NCBI GenBank assembly: GCA_963693365.1
Contig: CAVNZM010000001.1
Span: forward strand, 18,090,783-18,154,782
DNA from: Amoebidium appalachense
Taxonomy: Eukaryota > Protista > Ichthyosporea
Direction: 5' to 3'
DNA: 64,000 nt
Numbering within the stretch: position 1 is the first letter of the stretch; each line of letters starts with the position of its first letter. Positions 52,154 to 64,000 of this stretch are shown in pieces. The translations under genes and the position numbers were made by a program. The notes below the pieces were generated by a model. That model worked only from the letters and a program-made list of their open reading frames with translations. It did not search any database and was not told the DNA's origin.

Positions 52154-53038
52154 GGGGAACCCCAACTAACTAATTTTTCTTAGTCTTTATGGTGTCTCGT
52201 CGAGAAAGTAAACCCTGATATATAACCATCACCCGACATCTATGTACGTGATCATGATATACCGCTGAGGGGATATTCCGAGCAAAAACCCCATACCTGA
52301 GACTGGTCTCTCTTTGCCTCGAGTAAACAGCGTAAACCCACATGTACATCGTGCCTTTGTGCATGCACATGTGTGGCGGCCCTCTCGAGCTCGAGGCCAG
52401 GTGTATACACGTACGCAGGCACCACAATCAGTTTCGCATCATCACATTATTTTTAAACTTAGCTGGTGCGGTACTCCCCTGTTCATTCATGACAATGCAC
52501 GGCACTTTCCATACGGCTTACGTCCACGTCGAGGAAGATCAAGCTCTAGAGCCGGGATCGATATCTCCCCACGTCTGCAGGGTGAAGCAGACTGCTTGCG
52601 CATGTACATGTGCTGGCGCAAGGAAAACTTAGCTTACACTAGGCACGTGTTTTAGCTGAGTTTAGACTTGCAGCGTGCTCGCTATTGGTAAACTTTGTAC
52701 ACTGTACATCCCGGATACCCGGCTTTAGTCGGTAACGGCTCTGGGAAAGGCTACCTGACTCGAGTGAATTAGACTTCAGTGAATTAGAGCTGGCTGAACG
52801 GCATTCATTTCGGCGTTTCCATGGATGGCGCGAACGCATTCTATTGGATACTATTCCCATAGAAACTCTGGTAGCACACCCTGGGAAATTGTCTCATACA
52901 AAGGCCATGCCATGAGAGAAAATGCCTAGCCTATTTCTTATATAAATAGTGATACTTGTTTTCTTTTACAGATATTACTCATAGCAGTCTCAAACTTGAA
53001 GCTGCCGGGCGACCGAGGAGGAACGAGGAGGAAGTTAA

Positions 53039-53871
53039 ATGCGAAGGTGTTTTGCCTGGCTTCCGGAAAGGTTGTCTCCCGGTTTCATGGTGCCGTGCCC
53101 CTTCGATGATCACTACGTGGACCCCCACAACCACCCCAACCCACACCGTACTTCTCGCAATGGGTTCATGAGCAACCCCGTAGGACGGCGTGTTATCGAC
53201 TTTGACAGCTGCTACTACATTATCACGGCCCGGTACTTTTGTGACACATGCAAAAAAAACTTTGCCGGCACAAACCCCCAGACAATTAAACGCCTTCCAC
53301 TCTTCATGCGTGATCAGTTTCCGGCCTACCTTAGCCACCGCAGTGGGCTCGACCTAAAGGTGGTAACATTGTTGCGTGCACTGGCAGACAAAGGTGTGGG
53401 CCCAAACGCCTTTGCCACCCTCCTCTCGGAGCTCCACAAGCAGCGATACGACGAGCAGCGGCTCCTGTATTACTCGAGGGCGCTGCATTGGACCAAGTAT
53501 GAACTCAAAAAGCGTAACGATTTCCGCCCCCACGACCAGCGCCTGACAGAACTTCCCCCAGAGGAGCAGGCGGCTAAGTTCTCGGCGTTTGGTGACAAAA
53601 ATGGTTACGCTGGACATGTGCCTTCAGGCAAGTGTGCACTGCATTTTGGGTGTGTAAATGGTCCCCATTGTTTTGTATGCACGTGCTTGGGCATTTTTTG
53701 GGTTGGCTTGGTAGGGTTTTGTTTTATTATTTTTTATTTTTTTTTTAGGGGGGGGGGGGGGACTTGGAAATGGGTTTTGGAAGTGTGGTCAATAAGTTTC
53801 TATTATGGTGGTGGTGGATGTGTGGTGGTGGATGTGCGCCTGTGAGTGTGCGTGTACTTGTGGGTCCGTGT

Positions 53872-53902
<31 letters not shown>

Positions 53903-53989
53903 GGGGGGGGGGAGGGGAGGGGGGACATGGTGATGGATTAGGTGGTGGTGGTGGCAATCAGTCATGGTGGTGGTGGTGGTGGTGGTGGT

Positions 53990-54032
<43 letters not shown>

Positions 54033-54181
54033 GGGCAGAGGGATCATCAGAGGGGTGAAAGCATAACGGTCCATGTACCAGTGAGTGTGCTTGGGAAATC
54101 GTGGAGAACTGTTATGCCTGAAATTAGATGGTGGGTGTGCGCATGTGTGTCTGTGTGTGTTGGGGGAAAGGAGGTGGAGAG

Positions 54182-54225
<44 letters not shown>

Positions 54226-54403
54226 TGGTGGTAGACTGGATCTTGGTGGCGGTACTTAATGGTTATTATAGTAGTGGCAGGAGGGTGTGGGGGGAAGGGC
54301 AAACGGACGTGCAGGGGACAAACTGCAGATGGGGCACAAAGGGGAAAGAAGGTGAAAGTTGGTGCAATGACTTGGAGGGTTTGCGCGCGCCGGGGAGGCG
54401 GGG

Positions 54404-54440
<37 letters not shown>

Positions 54441-54866
54441 AACGGCCGGAGATGGGTGTGTAGCGTTTTTGAGATGGGAAAAGCCATACAGACTTACGAA
54501 AATACAGAGAGGTGAGATGAACACGAGGGACTAGAGGGAATGGGGGGGATGGTCCTGATGGGAGGGTGGTGGAGTTCTAACAGTACTTGGGGTTCAGGCA
54601 AATACCTGAGTGCCGTGTATACTGAGTTCAGCGACCGCACGGCAAAGTACCAGAGCCTGGACACGCAGCTCAAGCCCGTAAACAACGTGCTCAAGGCCGA
54701 CCACACCTTCCAAATTGGGAAGCTCACCGGCATCAATGGGGAGCCTCTGTACCGAGGCCTATGGACTTGTGTAAACGAGCTTGGCGGTGTGTGGTCCCTC
54801 CTCTTCTCCCCCCTCCCCCCACTCTCCCCCAGGCCCCCTTCCCCCCTCCCCCCCCCCACACACGCC

Positions 54867-54897
<31 letters not shown>

Positions 54898-55134
54898 ACA
54901 CACCGCCCCCCTCCCCCCCCCCTCCCCCCCCTCCCCCCTCTAGGGCCTTTAAATCTCTTAGGCTCCACATTTAATGAGGTGGCACACTGTGAGTAGAGGT
55001 TTGTAGTATGTGGGTTTTGGGGACAATTCTTGCCCTGTCGAGCAAAAACTAGGAAGCTCCAGATATGTGTGTATGTGTTTTTGCTGGGTAGAGATTGGGG
55101 TGGGCTGGGGTGGAGCTTTCTTTTGGCGGGGAAT

Positions 55135-55179
<45 letters not shown>

Positions 55180-56797
55180 AGCTTCTGCCAAGCAGAATGG
55201 GAGTAGGGGCCAGTGATTGCAAGGGATGCAGGGGGGGGGGGGGGGGGGGGGGGGAGAGACACCACCGTCGGGGTTGAAGGTAGAGAGGGCAAGAGGCCCG
55301 GGGTGGGGTGGGGGGGGGGGGGGGGGGGGGGGGACAGTAGGTGCCATATGGAGGGCTGTCCCATGGTTTGGGGGGAGGGGGAGTGGGGAAGGATCGTGGG
55401 CACATGGGTTTGGGGGGAAGGCAGAGAGGGGGAAAGGATTGTGATCACAAGGGTTTAGGGGGAGGAAGGGGGAAGGATTGTAGGTACATGGGTTTAGGGG
55501 GAGGGGGGGGGGAAGATTTTGGGGGAAAGGGAGGCCTGGGGAAAGTATGTGGGCACATGGGTTTGGGGGGAAGGAGGGGGAAGGGTTTTGGGGGAGAGGG
55601 AGGGGAAAGTATGTGGGCACATGGGTTTGGGGGGAGGGAGGGGGAAAGGATTGTGTGGGCACTGAAGTCTCGTGAAGGGCCATGTGGTAAGGGAAGCTAG
55701 AACATGCATGGCTGCTCGGAGATGCCCTCTCACACAGTGCGGCACCCCAGAGATCCGGGCGCAGGTATTTACACGGGACTGCAGCCACCAGGAGATTGAG
55801 CCCGTGATCCAGCGCATCTCTGCCACCACGGCGGCGCTCAACAGCAAGGGCCCGGCCTTCTTCTACACAGATCGGTGCTGCCAAGACCGGGCGTTTGTTG
55901 AGCGCATGTTTCCAACCCTAGCCCGGCCAAAATGCCCCGTCCGTCTGAACGAGGCTGCGCTGGTAAGCGTGACGGACGGTCTGCCTGGGCTGGAGCTGCC
56001 GGCCAACTACCCTAAGCCGGTGTACACCGACTGCCAGGGGGCGGTGGTGGCTACAGCGGCCATTCGTGCCGACCTGGAGGGGCAGCAGCACCGCGTGGTG
56101 GGGCTGGACTGCGAGTGGGTCTATCGGGTGGGCCAGGCGCGGTCCAAGGTTTGCACGCTGCAGATTGCCACCGCACGGGCCGTGTACATCTTCCACTTGG
56201 CACGCATGGGCCCCAACCACAGCCCGCCCGCGCGGCTGGTGGACGAGCTGATTGCGCTGCTTAGGGACCCCAGCATCATCAAGGTGGGCAAGCAGATCGG
56301 CACGGACTCGGCCCACCTCAACAAGGACTACGGCACCCCTGTGGCCAGCTATCTGGAGCTGGGCCGGTTCTGCTATGCCCGTGCAGCTATCACCTCTGCG
56401 GCCCGGGGCTTGGCCGACATCACTGCCCAGGTCATAGGCAAGAAGCTGCCCAAGCCGGCACTTGTTCGATGCTCCAACTGGCACGAGCCGCTATCAGAGG
56501 TGCAGGCCACCTACGCTGCCCTTGATGCATATGCGTCCCTGCAGGTCTACTCGGCCGTGGTCGATAGGCCAAACCTGTCAGGTGTGTATCCCACCTGCTT
56601 TTTGCCCCAGTGCTTATGTGCTTATGCCAGATATAGAAAGATTTTGGGCCCCCCAGAGGAGAGGGGGAGGGGGAGGGGGAGGGGGGGGGGGGGGGGGGGG
56701 GGGGGTGGCTGACCACATGGGCCAGTGTTCCAGTTGTGTTATGCTGGGTGTCGGGTGGCTATCAAAGGAGGGGGTGATTGGTGGTGGTGGTGGTGGT

Positions 56798-56833
<36 letters not shown>

Positions 56834-57863
56834 CTATAGCACTGTTAACACGTGCAAGTGCCACACAAGCTGGGCACTGGGAGAGGGGGGGGGGGGAGGG
56901 AGAAGGGGGGGGGGGGGGGGGGGGGGGAAGGGGGTTGCTAAGGAATATGCATTTGATTTTTGTGGAGCGAAGAGAAAAACGTTGGTGCTGTGGCTTTTTG
57001 GCTGAGTTTTTTGCTTCCCTCTATGACATGCAGCGCGGCTTCATGCAAAGGCACTCGGTGAAGGGGTTGAGATTGTGCCCCGGCGGGGCCCACATGCTGC
57101 AGCAGCCACCGGGGTGGTGCTGGCTGTGCAGCCGGAGCGCTGGGGGGGCATGAAGGTGGGCAAGAAGCATGCAGTGGTGCGGGTGGATCAGGTGCTGTCG
57201 CCGGCCATGCAGGTGCCCTTTGGCCCCGACAAGGGCAAGACCCTGGGAGAGCTGGGCCCGCCGCCCTTTGAGCTGATGGTGCACCTGCAGTGGCTACGGC
57301 CCATTCAGCCCCCACCGGACCCAGGTGCCGAGGTGCCGGTGGTCCCTGACCCAGCCCCTCCCCCTGCCGAGCAGCAGCAACCCCTTGCCGGCCCACAGGC
57401 ACCCCCCCAGGACCCCCAGGCAGCCCCGGGGGGCCTTGAGGCAGCCCCAGGGGGACCCGAGGCAGCTCCCAGAGAGGGCATGTTGGGCCAGGCACCGCCT
57501 GGGGAGGTGGTGTGGCAGACTGTGCTGAATGACGCCTTCCACTCCATTGCAAACACGGCGGACGGCACGTACAAGTCACACCCCCGCAGGGCTGAGTACG
57601 CACGCGCACTCAGCGAGGCAATATTTGTGTGGAATGAAGAGGATTACGGACATGTGAAGGTGCCCCCCCCTCCCCCCCCCCCCCCAAAATAAAAAATAAA
57701 AAATAAAAATAAAAAAAACGGCAACAACAACATGCGTGACTGACGCGCACACACACATACACTCGTTAGCACACACTCACCATTCCACCCACAACCATGC
57801 ACACCTTCGACAAAACTTCTGAGGGAAGAGAGAGAGCCTGAGCCTCAGAGAGAGGGGGGGGAA

Positions 57864-57903
<40 letters not shown>

Positions 57904-58438
57904 GGGGGGAGGAGAGTGGGGGTTATTCATATGCCTAGAGAGAAATAATGTAGGGTTGTGGGGGGAAAGAGCCACATGCATTTTTTACTTGTGTTGGGGG
58001 AGAAGATGGGGGGGGTGGAGGGGAGGGGTCCTACAATAACGGCAGGTATCAAAGTCTACCAAACCCAAATTGCAGTGTGCGTAGTAAATTAATATTGGCA
58101 TCCTGCCTCACAGGGGGTGCTGGAGCAGAAGGGCATCGACATTGAAACCGAGCTCAAGGGCGGCGACCTGAGCTACTTCATGGAGCGCATCCGGCGGGTT
58201 ATTCCCGACCCATACACGCTGGTCTCGCGGCTGGTGGAGTTCAAAAACACCTACAAGGATGTGCCGCCCGGACCGGATGGCAAGCCTCTGTTCAAGAAGG
58301 ATGGCTTTGAAAGACTCGAGGCAACATCCCCCCCCCCCCCCCCCCCCTGCAGGCGCCCAACAACTCCACCACCACAGAAAAGATTCTTCGCTTATTTGTC
58401 ATCCTTGGTTCATCTGCACACACACGCACACCCTAGCC

Positions 58439-58472
<34 letters not shown>

Positions 58473-58476
58473 ACAT

Positions 58477-58546
<70 letters not shown>

Positions 58547-58618
58547 CCCGCACGGCCCTTGCTGCCTAGCCAGTTGTTTTTTGCCTTTCCCTGCTCGTTT
58601 TTTTCCTTAGCAACCCCA

Positions 58619-58665
<47 letters not shown>

Positions 58666-60331
58666 ACATACACACACACTACCACCACCACCACCCACCC
58701 ATCTCTCTGATGTTTGCTTGTGCCCCCACAGTCGCTGCTCGAACACGCCCAAAATGGCTGTCTGTCGGACCCCCCCGGCCTGCCCCTCTACTACGAGACC
58801 ACTGCCGACGCAGATGGGCTCATGCGCTACCGCTGCATCCGGGGCACCAACGAGGTGGAGGGGGCAGTGCACAACCCCCTGGCCACCCACTTTGGGGCCA
58901 CACGCATGTCGCTGCGCCTGCTGGACGCCACCATGTCCAATAGGCGCCACCGCCACAACCTGCGTGCACACTACCGCAACCGCCTGGGCCAGGCATCGGG
59001 GCCCCCCCACTACAGCCCCTGGATTGTTGACGACATGGAGGCACTGGCGCTGATGCTGTACGGCCATCACCTCGACCCCCAGTGGGTACCCGTAGGCTGC
59101 TACAAGCTACCGGAGGAGTACTTCAACTTTGCCCCGCTCTCCTGTGTGGCCAATGCCCCGGCGCAGGAGCCAGTTGCGGTGCCCGCACCCCCACCTCCGT
59201 CTGATAACATCGAGCCTGCAGCCAATGGCGTGATGGGCGGGCCAGAGGACTGTGAGGTCGAGGAGGGTGACGGTGCTGCCATGGGGGGGGGCAACCAGGT
59301 GGCGCGTGGTGCACCACAGCCGGACCCTGCACTGAGGGGCGACTACAAGTTCCTGGCGCAGAAGCAACATGTGGCCATCCCCTTCCTTCCGGTGCTTACC
59401 CCTCAGGAGCGCAAGCTATTCAGCACGCTGCTCCTGGGCACCTACAAGGCACATGCAAAGCCCAACGGCCAGCTGTTCGAGGCTTTGGCCCAAGACTTCA
59501 ACAAGGCTGCCTCTGTGGCTGGGGGAATCTACATGAAGGATGCGGCCTACATCAAGAAGCATTTCGACAAGTGGAAGACCTGGCAGACGGCACATGCACA
59601 GCGCTCCACACACGAGGGCCTGGCAGATCACCGCAAGCGTATGCGCGAGGAGAGGGCAGACGCTGTGCCAGCAACCATACGGCCTGCCCCCTTGCCACCC
59701 CCTCCCTGTTCCAGACGGTGTCGATGCAGGGGCGCAGCGTGAGCGGCCCTTGCCCATGCTAGTGGGCAAAAAGCATCGCAACATTGGCCCTGAGGGGCCC
59801 CTGCAGATGGATTTGCCGGTGCCCCCTCCTATGCAGCCACCCCAGAGAGCCCCCAAGACCTGCAAGACGTGTGGCCGCCAGGGCAAGGGCTGCCTCGGCT
59901 CCAATCGGGCCAAGAGCTGCCCACGTTGGGTTGCAGCCAATCAGGATGCCATGCCACCAGCACCCGCGCTTGACATGCAGCAGGGCCATGTGCCGCACAT
60001 GCCCCCTGCACCCCATCCAGGCCCGCACCACCCACATGGCTGGCCCCCACCGTGGGGCATCATGCCGCCTCAGCCCGGCCCTGCCTTCCCCATGCCTGGG
60101 CTACTGCCGCAGCACGGTCCCCATCCTTACTTGGGCCATGTGGGCCAGCCCTCGGCTGGTGGGCAGTTCCCACCCCCTTCTCGTGCATCTGCTGTGCTGG
60201 GCCTGGCGTTGCCACCTGCTGGAGAGACGCAGCTGCAATGGCACGATCGAAAGCAAAGTAATCGTGGCCGCAAGTCTGCAGGCAGCCAATCAGGATCTCA
60301 GAGTAGTCAGAGTAGCCAAACTAGTGTCTAA
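53039..60331 (+). CDS. Spliced DDE-type transposase-like protein with an inserted DEDDy (WRN-like) 3'-5' exonuclease and a C-terminal Cys4 knuckle; exons about 53039-53627, 54598-54786, 55751-56581, 57034-57659, 58114-58320, 58732-60331 (one +1 frameshift near 59700; 5' end uncertain)
   Basis: Exons join in phase. N-terminal Cys region plus FPAYLSHRSGLD (DUF6729-like, from memory). Candidate catalytic motifs LKADHTF (D), YTDRCC (D), LNDAFH (DxxH), RGTNEVEG (E). Exonuclease motifs GLDCEW, IGTDSAHL, YAALDAY. Terminal CKTCG..GCLG...C. Confidence 0.8.
55385..55662. repeat. G-rich degenerate tandem repeat (GGGCACATGGGTTTGGGGGGAAGG core, about 5 copies) in a transposase intron
   Basis: Seen directly in the sequence. 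Confidence 0.7.
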
Positions 60332-60771
60332 TATTGGAATGTACACCAATGTAACGGATCTCATATGTGTTGTAGTGCTTCAAGTTATACCTGTTCTTCG
60401 TACAGTCATGTTAGGGGGAGGGGGGGGGGGGGGGGGGGGGGGGGCTAGCTTTCATTCCGAAGTTTACTGTAAAGAATTAAAATTTAGAATCTGAGTAATA
60501 GTACAGAGCCTTTGCACTTTTCTCTGTTTGTTAGGAATTCTTTGTGATCGAGAGTATGGTGTGTTAGACTATTGGTGTTAATGTGTCCTGGAAGGTGTAT
60601 AATGTCTGCTGGCCGTAGTCAGTATCTATTTTTAGGTATATAGTATATTTTTAAATGTTGGCCGCTGGCCAATAAATAGCAAATAATAAACACACGATAA
60701 AGTCAACAGCGTGCCAAAAAACTAATCCCCAGCGAGCGCACCCAGTGATGTGTGTGTGTGTGTGTGTGTCG

Positions 60772-60882
<111 letters not shown>

Positions 60883-62217
60883 CGCGCGCGTGCGTGCGTG
60901 TGTGTGTGTGTGTGCGTGCGTGCGTGCGTGTGTGCGTGTGTGCGTGTGTGCGTGTGTGCGTGTGTGTGTGTGAGTGTGTGTGTGTGTGTGTGTATGTGTG
61001 GTGTGGTGTGTGCGCGGCTTGTACATATGTACGTGTTCATGTGCACCTGTGTCGGACCTACGAAGTACATGAAAGTAAATTTTGACAGCATCGATCTGCC
61101 GGTGTGTATGTGTATGTGTGCCAGTGCAGCAGGTGTGCCTTGTAACTGATAGCTTCGCATTTTACGTGTGTGTATATATAGTAGTACGCATAGACACTTG
61201 CTGATCATTCGGATCGACATTAATATTTAATCTGTCGGTCCTCGGTTTTTTGAGTGAATGATGATCAAGTGTAAGAGCATTCACTTGGCAAGTATTAATG
61301 TTGCAGAGGCTAGCTGCAGCTGCAAGCGTCGGATGCACACTGACAATTGTCTTTTCAGCGAGTCTAACCTGCAGGCAGCAGCTGCACACATATAGGGTTG
61401 TTATCTTGCGGCACATGCACGGTGATCATTTCAGAGTAATAGAGTTCAGAGCAATGAAAATAATGAAAATAACTAAACTTTGTGACTACTTTAAAGTTGC
61501 TGAGATCATACGTGGTGCAAGCTGCACTATGAACACATGTATAGTGCTAGTAATTAATACATTTTTGTTGCCTTCTGCAGGGTTATCGTAGCTACGTCAC
61601 GGCCTGCACTCAGGGGGGGGGGGAGGGGGGGGGGGGAGAGGGGGATGATTCGAAGGGGGTATAAATAAGAACATGCACCTAAAGGTCTTTCCCGTGGATC
61701 CTCCCCCCCTCCCCCCCCCCACCTCTCCCCTCCCCCGGGGCCCCATACTATGATATCTAGGCCCAATATTATATGCCCCTTCCCCCCCCCCCCCCCCCCC
61801 CCTCCTCTCCGGATCCCCGGACCCCACTTCCCTACCCGGAGGCTCAAGAGCTCCCCCCTTCCCCCCCCCCCCCCCCTCTCCCCCCCCCCCCCCCCCCCCC
61901 CCCCCCAAGGCTTACGGGGGCCCTTCTTCATCGAGGGGGAGGGGGTGGGGGTGGGGGGGGTGGGGGGTGGGGGTGGGGGGAGGGAAGTGGAAGGCGGGGG
62001 TGGATGCATGTCAGCCTAGGTGAATTCAATTGTTTAACTCCAGTGTGCAGGACTGGTCTGAAGGCTTAAGAAAACAACGAGGAAATGGGGTCCAGTGGAG
62101 GTGGTGGTGGTGTTCTGTGTGTGTGTGTACACGTGCACGTATGTGTGTGGTTTTTTTAAGGGGTGAGTGGTGGTGGTGGTGGTGGTGGTGGTCACCGTGG
62201 TGGTGGTGTGTGTGTCT

Positions 62218-62271
<54 letters not shown>

Positions 62272-63444
62272 GGGGGGGGGGGGATAGAAAGAAAAACTGC
62301 TCGTGGGTCACTGTTTTTCGTCACTGTATTTGTAACGGGCCGCTCATATTTATATAACTACTTTAATTTAAGTACACGTGTTCATTATCATATACGATGG
62401 CCAAATATAGAAATTTTGGCGTCGAAGTTCTTGGAGCTAAAAAAACGTTTAAAAGGGGGAAATAATAGCTTGGCCCCAAATTTACCTTGCCGTTTTTAGC
62501 GAATGTATTTTTTATTCATGAGTTCTAGTGATTCAGTGAGTGCACGTGCCTGCCTCAGGCTGATCATGACAACTGCAACACACCATTCCTACATGGATAT
62601 CAACCAAAAGAAAATAGTATATACTGTGGTGGTCTCCTAAACCTTGTGCGGCATGCGCATACATGATATTACAGTGACGCATGTGCATATTATTGTTCTG
62701 TACACCGGAGTGTGCCGGTGCACGTGGCTGTTTTGTGCACATGTTACAATAGCAGCACGATCTCCCTAAACTCCATGTTTACACATCCCTCACCCTGGCT
62801 CTGCCTTGTCGGTGCTCCAAAACACACATACAAATCCCCCTAGACTCAGTGCCTGCACATGGTCGCATTCACGTGCAGGTCACGTGACACATGCGATGCC
62901 ATACTGCCGTCTACAGCAACAACCACGGCAGCATGTATACCGGCCCAGCACGAAATATACTTATCGGCAGCCCACTGAACTCGCCCATTTTCTCTTTTTC
63001 ATGTATGTCCCTCCTTTTTTGTAAAATCACCCTTTTTGGCCTCCCGGTAGTGGATTTTGCAGGATTTGACTTCTTTGAGGTCCAAAAACCTCAAATTTTC
63101 CCCGGCGGGGCCGGGGAGGGAGAATTCAAAAATTGCCCGCTCCTGATATGGTACCCGGGCCGTTGGAACGTGGCCTCAATCGCATAACAATTATTGATTG
63201 GGTACATGTCACGTTGCTGTCAGAGCCGTCACCTTGCTCGTTTGGCAACAGGCACTCTCTCAGATCTCCCAGGCTGTGACGTCGATAGTTTTTCGATTCT
63301 GTAGTCGGGTCTTGCTTTCTTTTTCGATACTACAGTTGTCAGGTCATTTTGTGCTTACCTAATGTTGTTTGTGTTTGTATGTATCTCGCCTGAACTTCAT
63401 GCACAACGTTCCACCTGCCGGCAGAAAGCCGATGCCTGTCAAAC

Positions 63445-64000
63445 ATGAGTTTCGGTTTTTTTGGCGATACCCTTAAGGGGTTAGGCTCAAGCCTGGCACA
63501 AGCCGGGGAGTCTTTGAGACAGGTGATTACAGACACGCTAGAAGAAGACCCACAGCAGCCATACGATGTTGCCGAACAAGCACAAACGCTGGCGGACGCA
63601 GACGGCAACTTTGTTACTCCCATGTTTTTAGGGAAAGGTACCAGTGAAAATCAAGCGAAAAAACGTGATATCGAGCATAGCGTGTCCCCTGAACGGCGTC
63701 GTTCAAATGCAGGCGACAAGCTGGCCGCGGAAGAAGAAGGTTATTTTTCGAAGGCGCTAAATACTGTAGGGGGGCTTGCGGTTAACATTTTCTTTGAGGA
63801 GGAAGTCAAAGAGGGGTCCACATCTGAACACACCCCCTCGAGTTCCCATCCAGGCTCCCCCAAGAAACGAAACATAGGTAGCGACGATGGAGATAGTACG
63901 CAAGCAAAGGATGACGGAACGGGGGCTACAAAACTTTTAAACCAAGGGTTCAGTGCAATATTGCACCTGACAGACAAAGTCGGAGAGGGTCTCCTGTCTG
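63445..64000 (+). CDS. Start of an unknown acidic/serine-rich protein, open to the window edge (MSFGFFGDTLKGLGSSLAQAGESLRQVITDTLEEDP...)
   Basis: 185 codons without a stop, AAAC-ATG start context, repeat-free high-complexity sequence. It is absent from the ORF track because it has no stop in the window. Confidence 0.7.
   Translation, partial: MSFGFFGDTLKGLGSSLAQAGESLRQVITDTLEEDPQQPYDVAEQAQTLADADGNFVTPMFLGKGTSENQAKKRDIEHSVSPERRRSNAGDKLAAEEEGYFSKALNTVGGLAVNIFFEEEVKEGSTSEHTPSSSHPGSPKKRNIGSDDGDSTQAKDDGTGATKLLNQGFSAILHLTDKVGEGLLS

Noticed and set aside
60700-60750. Right terminal inverted repeat of the transposase element before the (TG)n tract
   Set aside because: The match to the 52086 terminus is too weak and there is no TSD.
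62290-63190. Possible MITE upstream of the last ORF
   Set aside because: It looks transposon-like in places, but no TIR pair or TSD could be defined.

Overview
Eukaryotic genomic DNA with spliceosomal introns and CTRAC-type branch points. An opisthokont/holozoan origin is suggested by the Hsp70 signature but cannot be proven. The window is saturated with poly-G/poly-C tracts and (CA)n/(TGCG)n microsatellites, which explain most ORFs in the six-frame track. Real content, in order: (1) the 3' six exons of a CorA/ALR-type Mg2+ transporter; (2) an intronless heat-shock locus holding a full Hsp70 machine, namely a divergent BAG-domain (IQ+BAG) / class-B DnaJ cassette on an HSE+TATA bidirectional promoter, present twice as an inverted duplication with complementary damage, followed by a cytosolic Hsp70 with its own HSE-like promoter; (3) a 1.1-kb miniature LTR retrotransposon (TRIM) with a 5-bp TSD and a copia-type half-tRNAiMet PBS, inserted in the last codons of BAG copy 1 and giving it a new C-terminus; (4) a 16-exon SRP receptor alpha gene; (5) a decayed LINE with a 5'-truncated LINE nested at its YADD motif; (6) a spliced DDE-type transposase gene with an intact WRN-like DEDDy exonuclease inserted in it and two GC-AG introns; (7) the start of an unknown ORF at the right edge. 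Several +1 homopolymer frameshifts may be assembly errors.
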